Made by a program: the position numbers and the translations under genes
Source of the DNA: Deltaproteobacteria bacterium TL4
Lineage (GTDB): Bacteria; SAR324; NAC60-12
Assembly: GCA_051382335.1 (NCBI GenBank)
Contig: JBBCAX010000137.1
Span: 1 to 29,250, forward strand
Direction of reading: 5' to 3'
DNA: 29,250 nt
Shown here: positions 1 through 11,634 of the stretch, in pieces
Layout of the letters: each line of letters starts with the position of its first letter
Numbering within the stretch: the stretch's first letter is position 1
Notes under the pieces: model-generated
Told to the model about the DNA's origin: nothing
The model's database searches: none
Seen by the model: only the letters and a program-made list of their open reading frames with translations

Positions 1-225
1 AATGATAGGTTTGGCCTGAAAAACGGGAAATAATAACCTTGCATTAATTCATTCATAAAATAAAACCACTGATATTATTGAATAATTAAAACTAAAACCA
101 TGAATCAAATGTTCAAAGTCCAGGATATTAAAGAGATGGGCTTACGTTCGATGCGGCAAATTGTGAAAGACTATCAGAACGTTTGCCTCACTCAGCAAAA
201 TAAACCATAAAACAAAGGAAGGATT

Positions 226-1230
226 ATGCGAGTTTTACTTACAGGTGCGTTTGGGAATCTTGGACGTCTCACAACGAAGGAATTATTAAAGCAAGGTTAT
301 ACGGTCAGGTGTTTTGACATTGCGACTCCGGCTAATGAAAAAGCGGCGAAAGCTTTTGAAAAACAAACAGAGATTATATGGGGTGACATTTGTAATCGGG
401 AGCAAGTCAAAAAGGCTGTGGAACAGATGGATGCCGTCATTCACAACGCGGGAATGCTTCCGCCGGCAACAGATAAAATTCCTGAAAAAGCAAAAGCGGT
501 CAATGTTGGCGGAACCCAAAATATTTTGGAGGCCATCCAGGCTTCTCCTAAAAATCCGGCCCTCATCTTTACTTCGTCTGTTTCTATATTCGGTCACAGA
601 CAACATTTACCCCCACCACGTCACATCAGTGAAGAACCTATGGCTACTGACAATTATACGGCCCACAAGATTGAATGTGAGCGAATCATTCAGGAATCCA
701 AGGTGAAATGGTGTATTTTTCGTATTGGCGCGGCCTTAGACGTAGGAACCAAAAAGAATGACCTGGATATCGTGAGAGATATGTTTGAAGTTTCTCCTGA
801 AAATCGGATGGAATTCGTTCATGCTGAAGATGTGGCCTTGGCCCTGGTCAATGCCGTAAAAGCGGAAGAGGCTTACGGAAAAATCTTATTGATCGGAGGC
901 GGGAAAAAATGTCAGATTCGTCAAAAAGATCTTTTTGGCGCGGTCTTGGAAACGTTGCATATCCGTTCTTTTCCCAAGGAAGCGTTCGGCAATAAAGAAT
1001 TCTACACGGACTGGATGGACACTGAAGAAAGTCAACGAATTTTACAATATCAGCGCCATACCTTTGAAGAATTTAGGCAGGAATTGTTGGCTAAAACCCG
1101 GTTATTCGGTGGGATCCTTTGGCTTCATCAACCCGTCTTAAAAATGGGATTACTTTACTTTTCAAGTCCATGGAGAAACTACCAAAAAGATAAAGTAAAC
1201 TCTTTTTTTGACCGTTTCAAAAAACATTAA
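226..1230 (+). CDS. NAD(P)-dependent epimerase/dehydratase, extended SDR family (3-beta-HSD-like)
   Basis: N-terminal Rossmann motif TGAFGNLG, VIHNAG, NVGGT, FTSS and catalytic YxxxK (YTAHK); SD-like AAGGAAGGA just upstream of the ATG. Confidence 0.9.
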   Translation: MRVLLTGAFGNLGRLTTKELLKQGYTVRCFDIATPANEKAAKAFEKQTEIIWGDICNREQVKKAVEQMDAVIHNAGMLPPATDKIPEKAKAVNVGGTQNILEAIQASPKNPALIFTSSVSIFGHRQHLPPPRHISEEPMATDNYTAHKIECERIIQESKVKWCIFRIGAALDVGTKKNDLDIVRDMFEVSPENRMEFVHAEDVALALVNAVKAEEAYGKILLIGGGKKCQIRQKDLFGAVLETLHIRSFPKEAFGNKEFYTDWMDTEESQRILQYQRHTFEEFRQELLAKTRLFGGILWLHQPVLKMGLLYFSSPWRNYQKDKVNSFFDRFKKH

Positions 1231-1233
1231 AAA

Positions 1234-1260
1234 GGAGAACCCCTGCTGAGGGGGTTCTCC
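1234..1260. terminator. Probable bidirectional intrinsic terminator between the convergent SDR and fadA genes
   Basis: Perfect 10-bp stem GGAGAACCCC (1234-1243) / GGGGTTCTCC (1251-1260) with a 7-nt loop; the A-run to the left gives a U-tract on the - strand. Confidence 0.8.
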
Positions 1261-1274
1261 TCAATTCAAAAGGC

Positions 1275-2453
<1,179 letters not shown>

Positions 2454-2456
2454 TTA

Positions 2457-4607
2457 TTAATAAAAAGTTTTTCCGGATTTTGCCAAATCTTTCATTTGCT
2501 GAGTGGGTTGGTAGACTTTTCCCAGCGCTAAATATTTTTCTGCTTTCGCACAAATTTTCGCAAGTCCCACAGTGTCAGCATATTTTAAGGCACCCCCTCG
2601 AAAAGGAGGAAATCCCAAGCCATAAATCAAGCCCATATCCACTTCAGTGGGAGAGGCGACGATGTTGTCTTCCAGGCAAAGAGAACTTTCAATAATCATC
2701 GGAAGCATCATTCGGTCGATGATCTCTTCCGCAGAGATCTCAGTATTGTTGCCTTTTTGGATAGAAGCTAATAAACCCGGTACTTCAGGGGCGATATCCT
2801 TTTTGGGTTTCCCTTTTTTATCGAGACTGTAGGCATAAAAGCCTTTGCTGTTCTTTTGTCCAAAGCGGTTGTTTTCAAACATCACATCCGATGCGGTTTT
2901 CCCCTCGGCTTTCATTCGATCCGGAAATCCCGCGGCCATAACGCCACCAGCATGGTGCGCAGTATCGATACCGACTACATCAAGAAGATAAGCGGGACCC
3001 ATCGGCCAGCCAAACTGTTTTTCCATCACTTTGTCAATTTTTATGAAATCCACCCCGTCTTTAACCAGGTTGGCAAATCCGGCAAAATAAGGGAACAGGA
3101 TACGATTGACCAGGAATCCCGGACAGTCGTTGACCACAATGGGAGATTTACCCATTGCCGCTGCGTAAGCAACGGTTGTGGCAATGGCTTCCTCACTGCT
3201 TTTCTTGCCTCGAATGACTTCCACTAAAGGCATACGGTGCACAGGATTGAAGAAATGCATTCCACAAAAGTTTTCAGGTCGTTTTAGATCTTCAGCAAGG
3301 TAGGTTATGGAAATGGTTGAAGTATTGGACGTCAAAATCGTATCCTTTCTCACCACGTTTTCCATCTCCGCCAAGACCGTTTTTTTCACTTTCGGATTCT
3401 CAACAACGGCTTCCACTACAATATCCACCTCTCTCATCGTGTCATAAGAGAGAGTCGGATAAATGCGATTCAGCGTATCACCCATTTGCTGCGCGTCTAT
3501 TTTATTCAGACTGACCAATTTCCCCAAGAGCTTACTGGCTTCATCCAAACCTAACTGCAGGCTTGCGGGAATGATATCTTTCATGTGAATTGGAATATTT
3601 TTGGATGCCGATTGATAAGCAACGCCACCTCCCATAATGCCTGCACCCAGAACCGCAGCGGTTTTAACCGGTTTTGCGGATTTCTGAGCGGTTTTAGCAT
3701 ATTTTTTAAGGAGTTGATCGCCAAGGAACAAGGCCACCAGATTTGCGGCAACAGCGGTTCCCGCAACTTCAACAAAGCCTTCGCCTTCAATCGCCAAGGC
3801 CTCATCTCGGGACAAGGAAGCCCCAGCCTGCATGACGCCTAAAATCGTCAAAGGCGCAGGATAGTGTGGACCGGCTTGAGCGGCAATGAAACCCCGTGCG
3901 CCTTCAAAAACCATCATTTTTTCGGTTTCATTCAGTTTGATAGGTTCGATTTTTTCTTGATAACGGGCTTTCCAATTCAGTTTTCCACTGATGGCCTGGT
4001 TTAGAATACTGAGTGCACTTGCGCGAAGCTTGTCTAATTCAACGACCGCATCCACAGCACCCGCGGCCAAAGCGGCTTCTGCTTTTTGTTCGGCACCCAT
4101 GACAATCCATTCAATAGCATTGTCAGCACCAATAATTCGAGGTAAGCGGACGGTTCCTCCCCATCCCGGGAAAATACCAAGTTTGACTTCAGGTAAACCC
4201 ACTCGCTGACCGGCGGCAAGAACGCGATACGTACACGCTAAACAAATTTCAAAACCGCCTCCAAGCGCATAACCGTTAATCGCAGCTACACTGGGAACAC
4301 CCAAGTCTTCAATATCTGTAAAAACCTGGCTTGCTTCTTTAAGCCACTTTAACAATTCGGAACTTTCTTTTTTAAAGTGGGATAAAAATTCGGTTATATC
4401 GGCACCAACAATAAAGACGTTTTTTGCACTTGTGACCAATACGCCTTTAACTGAGTTATTATTTTTTAATTGATTGACGGCCTCACGCAGTTCACTCATC
4501 GTAAGTTCATTGAACTTATTGACTGATTCGCCCTTGAGATCAAAGCAGATCTCCGCGATTCCATTTTCAATGATTTGGCATGTGATAGCCTTACCTTCAT
4601 AAACCAT
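2457..4607 (-). CDS. fadB: Fatty acid oxidation complex subunit alpha FadB (enoyl-CoA hydratase/isomerase + 3-hydroxyacyl-CoA dehydrogenase)
   Basis: Crotonase motifs [32 protein letters not shown] motifs [35 protein letters not shown]. Start moved from 4667 to ATG 4607 (MVYEGKAI), which has a GAGGAG SD at 4615-4620. Confidence 0.96.
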   Translation of the reverse strand: MVYEGKAITCQIIENGIAEICFDLKGESVNKFNELTMSELREAVNQLKNNNSVKGVLVTSAKNVFIVGADITEFLSHFKKESSELLKWLKEASQVFTDIEDLGVPSVAAINGYALGGGFEICLACTYRVLAAGQRVGLPEVKLGIFPGWGGTVRLPRIIGADNAIEWIVMGAEQKAEAALAAGAVDAVVELDKLRASALSILNQAISGKLNWKARYQEKIEPIKLNETEKMMVFEGARGFIAAQAGPHYPAPLTILGVMQAGASLSRDEALAIEGEGFVEVAGTAVAANLVALFLGDQLLKKYAKTAQKSAKPVKTAAVLGAGIMGGGVAYQSASKNIPIHMKDIIPASLQLGLDEASKLLGKLVSLNKIDAQQMGDTLNRIYPTLSYDTMREVDIVVEAVVENPKVKKTVLAEMENVVRKDTILTSNTSTISITYLAEDLKRPENFCGMHFFNPVHRMPLVEVIRGKKSSEEAIATTVAYAAAMGKSPIVVNDCPGFLVNRILFPYFAGFANLVKDGVDFIKIDKVMEKQFGWPMGPAYLLDVVGIDTAHHAGGVMAAGFPDRMKAEGKTASDVMFENNRFGQKNSKGFYAYSLDKKGKPKKDIAPEVPGLLASIQKGNNTEISAEEIIDRMMLPMIIESSLCLEDNIVASPTEVDMGLIYGLGFPPFRGGALKYADTVGLAKICAKAEKYLALGKVYQPTQQMKDLAKSGKTFY

Positions 4608-4796
4608 GAATATTCTCCTCAAGCTGTTATTGATGATGAATGAGCGATTGCTCCTTTGAAGAAACAAAAAAACCTATCCTGTTAGAAACGAAGTTGCAAG
4701 AGGTTCCGTGATTGTCTTGACTCTTTGGTCCTTTTTTTGGATCTTGCGTTTTTTTGAGGAAGACAAGATCGGAGGCTTGAGAAGAAGAGAACGTGG

Positions 4797-5468
4797 ATGT
4801 CAAAAATAAATGTGACCTTAAAAATCGCCTCAACTTTAGACGGAAAGATTGCAACTCAAACCGGTCATTCCCGGTGGATTACCGGGGAAACCGCACGTCT
4901 TAGGGCGCATGAACTTCGAAGTCAGCATGAGGCCATCCTTGTCGGCATCAATACGGTTTTGGCGGACAACCCCCGATTAACCACAAGAAATATCGAAGGC
5001 GGGCGGTCCCCTATTCGAATCATCCTTGACTCCCACGGCAGAATTCCCCTGGAAAGCCATTGTCTTCAGCAAGACGGGATTCCTGTTATCCTTGCTACGG
5101 GATGTCAGGTGGAGGCTAAAACGATAAAGGCTTTACAAGATGCCAAGATCCAGGTAATTTCCGCTCCAACACCCAGACCGACCATTGAGTGGTTGCTTTC
5201 ACAACTCAAAAGTTATAGTATCACTTCCCTTTTAGTCGAAGGCGGAAGTCAAATTCACGCCAGTTTTATTCAAGCCCAAAGGGTGGATCGACTGGTACTG
5301 TTTATGGCTCCCAAGATTATTGGAGGAACTCAATCTTTGTCCTGGTGTGGGGAATTAGGTTGTTTTCAGGTTGATCAGGCCCCTCAAGTGTCTATTGATG
5401 CCATCACACCTCTTGGTGACGATATAATGATTTGTGCCCATTTTGATAAAGGTGCTCATGAGCAATGA
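4797..5468 (+). CDS. ribD: Stand-alone RibD C-terminal reductase domain (riboflavin pyrimidine reductase, DHFR fold); deaminase domain absent
   Basis: VTLKIASTLDGKIAT..SRWITG, ILVGINTVLADNPRLT, LLVEGGS and APKIIGG match the reductase half of RibD; its stop overlaps the ribBA start. Confidence 0.85.
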   Translation: MSKINVTLKIASTLDGKIATQTGHSRWITGETARLRAHELRSQHEAILVGINTVLADNPRLTTRNIEGGRSPIRIILDSHGRIPLESHCLQQDGIPVILATGCQVEAKTIKALQDAKIQVISAPTPRPTIEWLLSQLKSYSITSLLVEGGSQIHASFIQAQRVDRLVLFMAPKIIGGTQSLSWCGELGCFQVDQAPQVSIDAITPLGDDIMICAHFDKGAHEQ

Positions 5469-6678
5469 AGAAAAAGAAACCCGTTTTGAAACTATCGAAG
5501 AAGCGATTGAAGATATTCGTCAGGGCAAAATAATTGTCTTGGTGGATGACGAAGACCGGGAAAACGAAGGCGATGTGGTTTGTGCCGGAGAAAAAATTAC
5601 TGCTGAAATCATTAACTTTATGGTGAAAAACGCCCGGGGCTTGGTCTGTCTGTCCATGGATGCCTCTCGTGCGGAACAGCTTAGACTGCCGCTGATGGTT
5701 TCTCATAACGAATCCGAACATGGAACGAATTTCACCGTCAGCATTGAAGCGGCAACGGGAGTGACTACGGGAATTTCTGCTGCGGATCGGGCACGGACAG
5801 TTCAAGTTGCCATGGAAGAACACGCAAAAGCCAGTGACTTGTGTCGTCCAGGACACATCTTTCCTCTGGTCGCGCAGGAAGGCGGAGTGCTGAAAAGAGT
5901 AGGGCATACGGAAGGTTCTGTTGACTTATCCCGCTTAGCTGGTTTGAGAGCGGGAGCGGTCATTTGTGAAGTCATGAATGAAGATGGGACCATGGCTCGC
6001 TATGCGGAACTTCGGGTATTTGCTGATAAATATCAACTGAAAATGGTCACTATTGCGGATCTGATCAAATACAGAAAGCGCAAAGAACTCCTTGTTAAAA
6101 AATTGGCAGAAGCGGAACTTCCTACGGAATATGGAATGTTTAAGGTGATTGGTTTTCAAAGCCTTCAAGATGACAGTGATTATGTAGCACTGGTCAAGGG
6201 GGAATGGAAAGAGGATGAACCTGTTTTGGTACGGGTACATTCCGAATGTTTGACTGGAGATGTCTTTAGCTCCCGTCGTTGTGATTGCGGAAAACAACTT
6301 CATGTTGCCATGAGTATGGTGGAACAGGAAGGCAGAGGGGTCATTCTATACTTACCTCAAGAGGGTCGAGGTATTGGGTTGATCAATAAGATCAAAGCCT
6401 ATCATTTGCAGGATCACGGGGCCGATACCGTTGAAGCCAATCATAAACTGGGTTTTAAAGAGGATTTACGCGATTATGGTCTGGGAGCACAAATGCTGTA
6501 TATGATTGGTGTTCGTCGAATGAGACTGATGACCAATAATCCCCGTAAAATTATCGGATTAGAGGGCTATGGGCTTGAAGTTGTAGAACGCATTCCTGTT
6601 GAAACTGATGTTCATTCCAATAATGAATCCTATCTCAAAACAAAAAAACAAAAATTGGGGCACTTGCTGAAGATCTAG
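5458..6678 (+). CDS. ribBA: Bifunctional DHBP synthase / GTP cyclohydrolase II
   Basis: DDEDRENEGD, FTVSIEA, TTGISAADRA, RPGHIFPL, GHTEG (DHBPS); RVHSECLTGDVFSSRRCDCG, QEGRGIGL, TNNPRK (GCH II). Start taken as ATG 5458 (MSNEEKE), overlapping the end of ribD. Confidence 0.96.
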   Translation: MSNEEKETRFETIEEAIEDIRQGKIIVLVDDEDRENEGDVVCAGEKITAEIINFMVKNARGLVCLSMDASRAEQLRLPLMVSHNESEHGTNFTVSIEAATGVTTGISAADRARTVQVAMEEHAKASDLCRPGHIFPLVAQEGGVLKRVGHTEGSVDLSRLAGLRAGAVICEVMNEDGTMARYAELRVFADKYQLKMVTIADLIKYRKRKELLVKKLAEAELPTEYGMFKVIGFQSLQDDSDYVALVKGEWKEDEPVLVRVHSECLTGDVFSSRRCDCGKQLHVAMSMVEQEGRGVILYLPQEGRGIGLINKIKAYHLQDHGADTVEANHKLGFKEDLRDYGLGAQMLYMIGVRRMRLMTNNPRKIIGLEGYGLEVVERIPVETDVHSNNESYLKTKKQKLGHLLKI

Positions 6679-6733
6679 GGGAGTGGTCCTATTATTAATC
6701 CGTCCTTAATTAATAATCATTTTTGGAGGTACT

Positions 6734-7909
6734 ATGAAAAAAGTTGCTATTGTTGCCGCAAAACGAACTCCTATCGGTGCATTTCAAGGTCAGTTTTCCT
6801 CGTTGACCGCCCCTCAACTGGGTTCTGTCGCTATTAAAGCGGCAGTTGTTCAATCAGGGCTATCAGGAACGGCCATTCAAGAAGCGTACATGGGAAATGT
6901 TCTTTCTGCCGGTGTCGGTCAAGCGCCCGCAAGACAAGCGGTACTTGGTGCGGGTCTGCCTTATGCTGTTCAATGTACAACCGTCAATAAGGTCTGTGGT
7001 TCAGGAATGAAAGCCATCATGCTGGCCGCCAACGCGATCAGGCTGGGGGAAGCGGATATTATCATTGCGGGAGGAATGGAATCCATGAGTAATGCCCCTT
7101 ATCTTTTGCCAGGTGCCAGGAATGGAATGCGTATGGGCCATCAAAGTACTATTGATTCCATGATCTTCGATGGTTTATGGGATCCCTATGGAGACAAACA
7201 CATGGGCCTGTGCGGGGAATTGTGTGCTGAAAAATACCAGTTCACCAGGGAAGCCCAGGATGCCTTCACGCTAAAAAGTCTTGAACGGGCAAAAGCCGCG
7301 ATTGAGAATGGAGCATTTCAGGCAGAAATCGCAGGAGTCACCGTTGAAACAAAAAAAGGCAAAACCGAATTTGGCGTTGATGAGCAACCTGGATTGGCAA
7401 AAGCGGATAAAATTCCCGCTTTACGTCCCGCATTTAAAAAAGACGGCACAATTACTGCGGCTAACGCCTCCTCCATCAATGACGGAGCCGCGGCTCTGAT
7501 TCTGGTTTCCGAAGAAAAAGTCCGTGAACTCCGGTTGACCCCTCTTGCGTGGATTACAGGACAAGCTGCTTACGCTCACGAGCCGGAATGGTTTACGACC
7601 GCTCCGATCTCTGCCATCAACGCGCTGATGAAACAGACGGGAAAAGCTGTCACTGATGTGGATTTATGGGAAATCAATGAGGCTTTTGCGGTAGTAACTA
7701 TGGCGGCAATGACAGACTTAAAACTGGATCATGCTAAGGTTGATGTGCACGGAGGGGCAACGGCCTTAGGACATCCAATTGGATGTTCAGGAACCAGAAT
7801 CGTTGTGACTTTGCTTTATGCTTTAAGAAAACTTGGAAAGCGTTTGGGGGTTGCTTCTTTGTGTATCGGTGGTGGTGAAGCCACGGCGCTATCCATTGAA
7901 ATAGCTTAA
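6734..7909 (+). CDS. atoB: Acetyl-CoA acetyltransferase (thiolase II, AtoB/PhbA-like)
   Basis: RTPIGAF, GQAPARQA, NKVCGSG, GGMESMS, NEAFA, GHPIG, CIGGGE; GGAGG SD upstream. Confidence 0.9.
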   Translation: MKKVAIVAAKRTPIGAFQGQFSSLTAPQLGSVAIKAAVVQSGLSGTAIQEAYMGNVLSAGVGQAPARQAVLGAGLPYAVQCTTVNKVCGSGMKAIMLAANAIRLGEADIIIAGGMESMSNAPYLLPGARNGMRMGHQSTIDSMIFDGLWDPYGDKHMGLCGELCAEKYQFTREAQDAFTLKSLERAKAAIENGAFQAEIAGVTVETKKGKTEFGVDEQPGLAKADKIPALRPAFKKDGTITAANASSINDGAAALILVSEEKVRELRLTPLAWITGQAAYAHEPEWFTTAPISAINALMKQTGKAVTDVDLWEINEAFAVVTMAAMTDLKLDHAKVDVHGGATALGHPIGCSGTRIVVTLLYALRKLGKRLGVASLCIGGGEATALSIEIA

Positions 7910-8043
7910 GGTCCCAGAAAGCAGGGCGTATGCCTGAGCGTGTCACGCATCAGTACCACCCTGGTTTTGGTGCGTGCTCCGTCGCAATCGATTACGTACC
8001 TTCAAAGGGGGAAAATAAATTCATTTTTTTTGAAGCAAGACAC

Positions 8044-9351
8044 TTAATGCGGGATCTCTCCGCGAAGGGAATCGCCCTGTTGCTCAAGGAAACGCACAGG
8101 ATGAATTTGATTCCGTAGTGTTGAAGCCAGAGGTGTGTTGACGATGACTCTCATGTAGTTATCCGTATAGCCTTCGGCTTTTTGAGGAGTTTTAGCGAGT
8201 TCAAAAAGAACATTTCGAGTCGTCCCAATAAACCGCTTTAAGAACTGGCTCCGTTGCTGGTGGCTCAAATTCCTCAGAATTTCCCCTCGCCTGCGTTTAT
8301 CCTCAGAACTTACCTTTCCTTCCATAAGAACCGCTGGGGTTCCCTTACGTTCTGAATAAGGAAAAACATGGAAGTACGTCAGCGGAAGACGTTGCAGACA
8401 TTCACGGGTTTCATTAAAATGCGCTTCAGTTTCTCCAGGGAAGCCAACCATGACATCCGTACCCAAGCAAACATCCGGAACATGCTCATAGGCTTTCATG
8501 ATTTCCGCCTCAAACTCCAACACCGAATACTGTCGACGCATCAACTGGAGAATGTGATTGGATCCTGACTGTAACGGAAGATGAAAAAAAGCGACCAGCT
8601 TATGCTGAGGATCAGACATATATTCGAAAATAGTTTTGGAAACGGTTGTCGGTTCAAGAGAACTGATCCTGATGCGTTCTAAACCGGAAAGCTCATTCAG
8701 CGCGTCAATAACACTCAGGAAGGAATATTCCTGATGCTGAAAATCTCCCAAGTTGACCCCTGTTAGAACGATTTCTTTGACTCCTGCCCGTACCATCATC
8801 CGTGCTTCCTCCATCAGATTCTCAAAGGCTCTGCTTCGAGATCGGCCCCGCGCAAAAGGGATGATGCAAAAGGTACACATGAAGTTACAGCCATCCTGAA
8901 TCTTAAGATTGGTTCTCGTGTTTTGAGGTTCGCTTTCAAACAGAGGGGTTTCAAAAGAAGCTTTGCTTATTTTGGAGTGAATCACCAGCGGTGTTGGCGA
9001 TTGCCTGGCTTCTTCCAGGTAATGGGCCAGTTGTAACTTTTTCTCACTTCCGATCACCAGTTTGACCCCCTCCAACGCTGCCAGGGTTTGGGGTTCCATT
9101 TGCGCGTAACAACCGATCACCGCAATGTCCGCTTCAGGATATTTCCGATGAATGGAGCGAATCAACTGCCGATTTTTGGAGTCACTTCGTCCGGTAACAG
9201 TACAGGTATTGATCACATAAATATCGGCAGGTTCCCCTTCTGAAACGATTTCATACCCCTGGGCTTGCAAACTTTGAGTGATAACTTCGGTTTCTGATTG
9301 ATTTAAACGACACCCAAGCGTTTGAAGGGTTACTTTGGCTTTGTGAGACAT
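8044..9351 (-). CDS. mtaB: tRNA t6A37 methylthiotransferase MtaB (radical SAM, MiaB-like)
   Basis: UPF0004 cysteines TLGCRLNQSE, INTCTVT, GCYAQ; radical SAM motif KIQDGCNFMCTFC; HLPLQSGS; HVFPYSERKGT; GYTDNY. Start moved to ATG 9351 (MSHKAKVTLQTLGC) because the 65 upstream codons look unlike the family. Confidence 0.9.
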   Translation of the reverse strand: MSHKAKVTLQTLGCRLNQSETEVITQSLQAQGYEIVSEGEPADIYVINTCTVTGRSDSKNRQLIRSIHRKYPEADIAVIGCYAQMEPQTLAALEGVKLVIGSEKKLQLAHYLEEARQSPTPLVIHSKISKASFETPLFESEPQNTRTNLKIQDGCNFMCTFCIIPFARGRSRSRAFENLMEEARMMVRAGVKEIVLTGVNLGDFQHQEYSFLSVIDALNELSGLERIRISSLEPTTVSKTIFEYMSDPQHKLVAFFHLPLQSGSNHILQLMRRQYSVLEFEAEIMKAYEHVPDVCLGTDVMVGFPGETEAHFNETRECLQRLPLTYFHVFPYSERKGTPAVLMEGKVSSEDKRRRGEILRNLSHQQRSQFLKRFIGTTRNVLFELAKTPQKAEGYTDNYMRVIVNTPLASTLRNQIHPVRFLEQQGDSLRGEIPH

Positions 9352-9736
9352 GGAAGGACTTCTTTGGATTGAGGAATTGTCAAGTGACTCGTCAGCGACG
9401 GGTTGTTCAAGGCAGCAGAATATATTCCTTCTTAAAATTATCCAGACAATATCACGCAAGGAGCAAACCTTGTAGGCGTGGTTCCTCCTTCGTACACATT
9501 CCTTAAAGATGAGGCAAAAGTCTGATCCTAGTCGCAGATTCGCCATTTTTCTTATTAAAAACGTCTAGACTTATTCATTAATTTAGCGCAAAATGCGCTT
9601 TCTCTGGCAGATATAATGGTTCCTCCTCCCCTCAGAAAAATGGAGTCATGTCCCTTAGCAGGGTCCCCCTCACAAAAACTGGAACTAATGCTAAATTTAG
9701 ATACGTTTTATTTAATATTTTGAGTCATTATCTCCT

Positions 9737-11374
9737 ATGCTTCTACTTAAACTCATCAGTAACGAGTCCCCGAAAATTAGAAATAATATTTTAATGATGG
9801 GAGCATTTTCAGGTATTGTGAATGCGGCATTACTGAGTGTCATCAACTCTACCGCTTCGGGAGTAAATAACTATAAGAATTTATCTCTTTATTTACTGAT
9901 GGTGATTTCCTTTATTGTTTCGAAACAATACGCGTTAGCCAAAGCCGCGGAGCTAGCGGAGTTGGTCATCAAAAAAATTCGTTTGCGTATTTTAGATAAA
10001 ATTCGAAATTCTGACCTGTTATTGATTGAAAACATAGGAACCGCCAGTGTTTACAGAAGGTTAACAGGTGACACTCAACATATTTCCATGGGATTTGCCG
10101 CATCAGTGAACAGTTTTCAGGCGGGGGTCATGGTTACCTGCTCCATTTTGTATGTTTCTGTGCTTTTTTATCCTGCCTTTGTCATTATTGCGCTCGTATT
10201 TGCGTTATGTTCCCTTGTGTATTTTCCGAATTCAGCACAAATTAAAAATATCATTCATGAATCCACAAAAAAAGAGATTGATTTTTTTCAATTAATTAAT
10301 CATGTTTTGGACGGTTTTAAAGAAATTAAAATCAACCGTGTTAAAAATAATGATTTGTATGAACAGTATCTGGCTCCTACTGCTGATGATACCATGAAAT
10401 TGCGTGTTAAATTCCTTGTTAAATTTGCAAATAATTTTATTGTATCACAATCTTTTGTTTATATCTTGGTGGCCGTGATTTTGTTTGTGGTTCCTCAGAT
10501 CTTTCCAACATTTGACGGAAAAATCGTACCAGTGGTTGCTGTTGTGCTTTTTATCATTGGTCCCTTTAACCAGATTCTGAGTACAATGCCGGAAATCTAC
10601 GACGCAACGGTGGCTCTGGAAAATCTGTATAATTTTGAAAGTAAGTTGGATGGTGTGAAAATTGAGGAAACGCAATCCCCCTACGCCGTGCGACAATATG
10701 AGAAATTTAAAGAAATTCATTTCCATGAGCTTCAATTTGGCTATGAGGATAGCAGGGGGATTTCAGGCTTTCAACTGGGCCCGCTCAATCTGAGCGTCAA
10801 GTCCAACGAAATTCTCTTTCTGATTGGGGGAAATGGCAGTGGTAAATCGACGCTGTTAAAATTATTGTGTGGATTGTACTTCCCCAATAGTGGAGAGATA
10901 AAACTTGATGATCAGCTGATTCAACCGGAACACTATGAGAATTTCCGACAACTGTTTTCCATTATTTTTACGGATTTCCATTTATTTGATCGCTTATATG
11001 GGCTAAAGGACATTGATGAAGAGCGGGTTCATCAACTACTCCATCAAATGCAAATCGATGAAAAAACGCTCTACCTTGATGACCGGTTTTCCCATACGGA
11101 TCTCTCAACAGGACAAAGAAAACGTTTGGCGTTGGTATGTGCGCTTCTAGAAGATAAATCTATTTATGTTCTGGATGAATGGGCTGCGGACCAGGACCCT
11201 CAATTTCGACAATATTTTTACGAGCATCTGTTGCCCGAATTGAAGAAACAAGGGAAAACCGTTATTGCCGCGACTCATGATGACCGTTATTTTCATGTTG
11301 CAGATAGAGTCCTGAAGATGGAATATGGCAACTTTGTGCCAGTGGTTCTTCCTCCCCCAAAAGCGGAGAAATAG
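9737..11374 (+). CDS. Cyclic peptide export ABC transporter, fused permease/ATPase (PvdE/SyrD/YojI family)
   Basis: About 6 hydrophobic segments, DGFKEIK, Walker A GGNGSGKS, FTDFHLFD, signature LSTGQRKRL and the family-typical Walker B DEWAADQDP. Confidence 0.93.
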   Translation: MLLLKLISNESPKIRNNILMMGAFSGIVNAALLSVINSTASGVNNYKNLSLYLLMVISFIVSKQYALAKAAELAELVIKKIRLRILDKIRNSDLLLIENIGTASVYRRLTGDTQHISMGFAASVNSFQAGVMVTCSILYVSVLFYPAFVIIALVFALCSLVYFPNSAQIKNIIHESTKKEIDFFQLINHVLDGFKEIKINRVKNNDLYEQYLAPTADDTMKLRVKFLVKFANNFIVSQSFVYILVAVILFVVPQIFPTFDGKIVPVVAVVLFIIGPFNQILSTMPEIYDATVALENLYNFESKLDGVKIEETQSPYAVRQYEKFKEIHFHELQFGYEDSRGISGFQLGPLNLSVKSNEILFLIGGNGSGKSTLLKLLCGLYFPNSGEIKLDDQLIQPEHYENFRQLFSIIFTDFHLFDRLYGLKDIDEERVHQLLHQMQIDEKTLYLDDRFSHTDLSTGQRKRLALVCALLEDKSIYVLDEWAADQDPQFRQYFYEHLLPELKKQGKTVIAATHDDRYFHVADRVLKMEYGNFVPVVLPPPKAEK

Positions 11375-11430
11375 AACGTTAGCCCTCTGAACTGATAAAA
11401 TTTAAACTTTTAGCAATAGTACGGAATATT

Positions 11431-11634
11431 ATGATAGTCAGCATCGTTACTTTTTTTGCTTTGTTTTATATATTACTTTGTATTTTAGTTGCGCATCTTG
11501 GTCGTAACTCTCGGATAGGTTATTGGGGGGTTTTAATTATTTCTCTGGTTCTCACGCCTTTTATCGTCTTTTTTGTTGTTATGTTGTTTGGTACTAAAGT
11601 TAAGGAAGCTCCCGAATCTGAGGCCCCCAAATGA
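11431..11634 (+). CDS. Small two-helix membrane protein of unknown function
   Basis: Two hydrophobic stretches joined by GRNSRIGYWG, then SLVLTP; co-oriented between the ABC exporter and SPFH genes. Confidence 0.75.
   Translation: MIVSIVTFFALFYILLCILVAHLGRNSRIGYWGVLIISLVLTPFIVFFVVMLFGTKVKEAPESEAPK

Noticed and set aside
4608..4667. 20-aa N-terminal extension of FadB in the ORF track
   Set aside because: Unlike the family, and it contains the SD for the downstream ATG 4607.
4620..4796. FMN riboswitch upstream of ribD-ribBA
   Set aside because: None of the conserved RFN blocks (AGGGC.GGGTGAAA.TCCC, GATCCGG, GTCCGGATG) is present; only a small GATCTTG/CAAGATC stem.
7910..8043. Several short hairpins between atoB and mtaB and the 62-aa ORF 7930..8118
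   Set aside because: Stems are short or G-U rich and fit ordinary termination between convergent genes; the ORF overlaps the mtaB 3' end on the opposite strand.
9352..9546. 65-aa N-terminal extension of MtaB
   Set aside because: Family similarity starts at MSHKAKVTLQTLGC; the extension looks like translated intergenic DNA.
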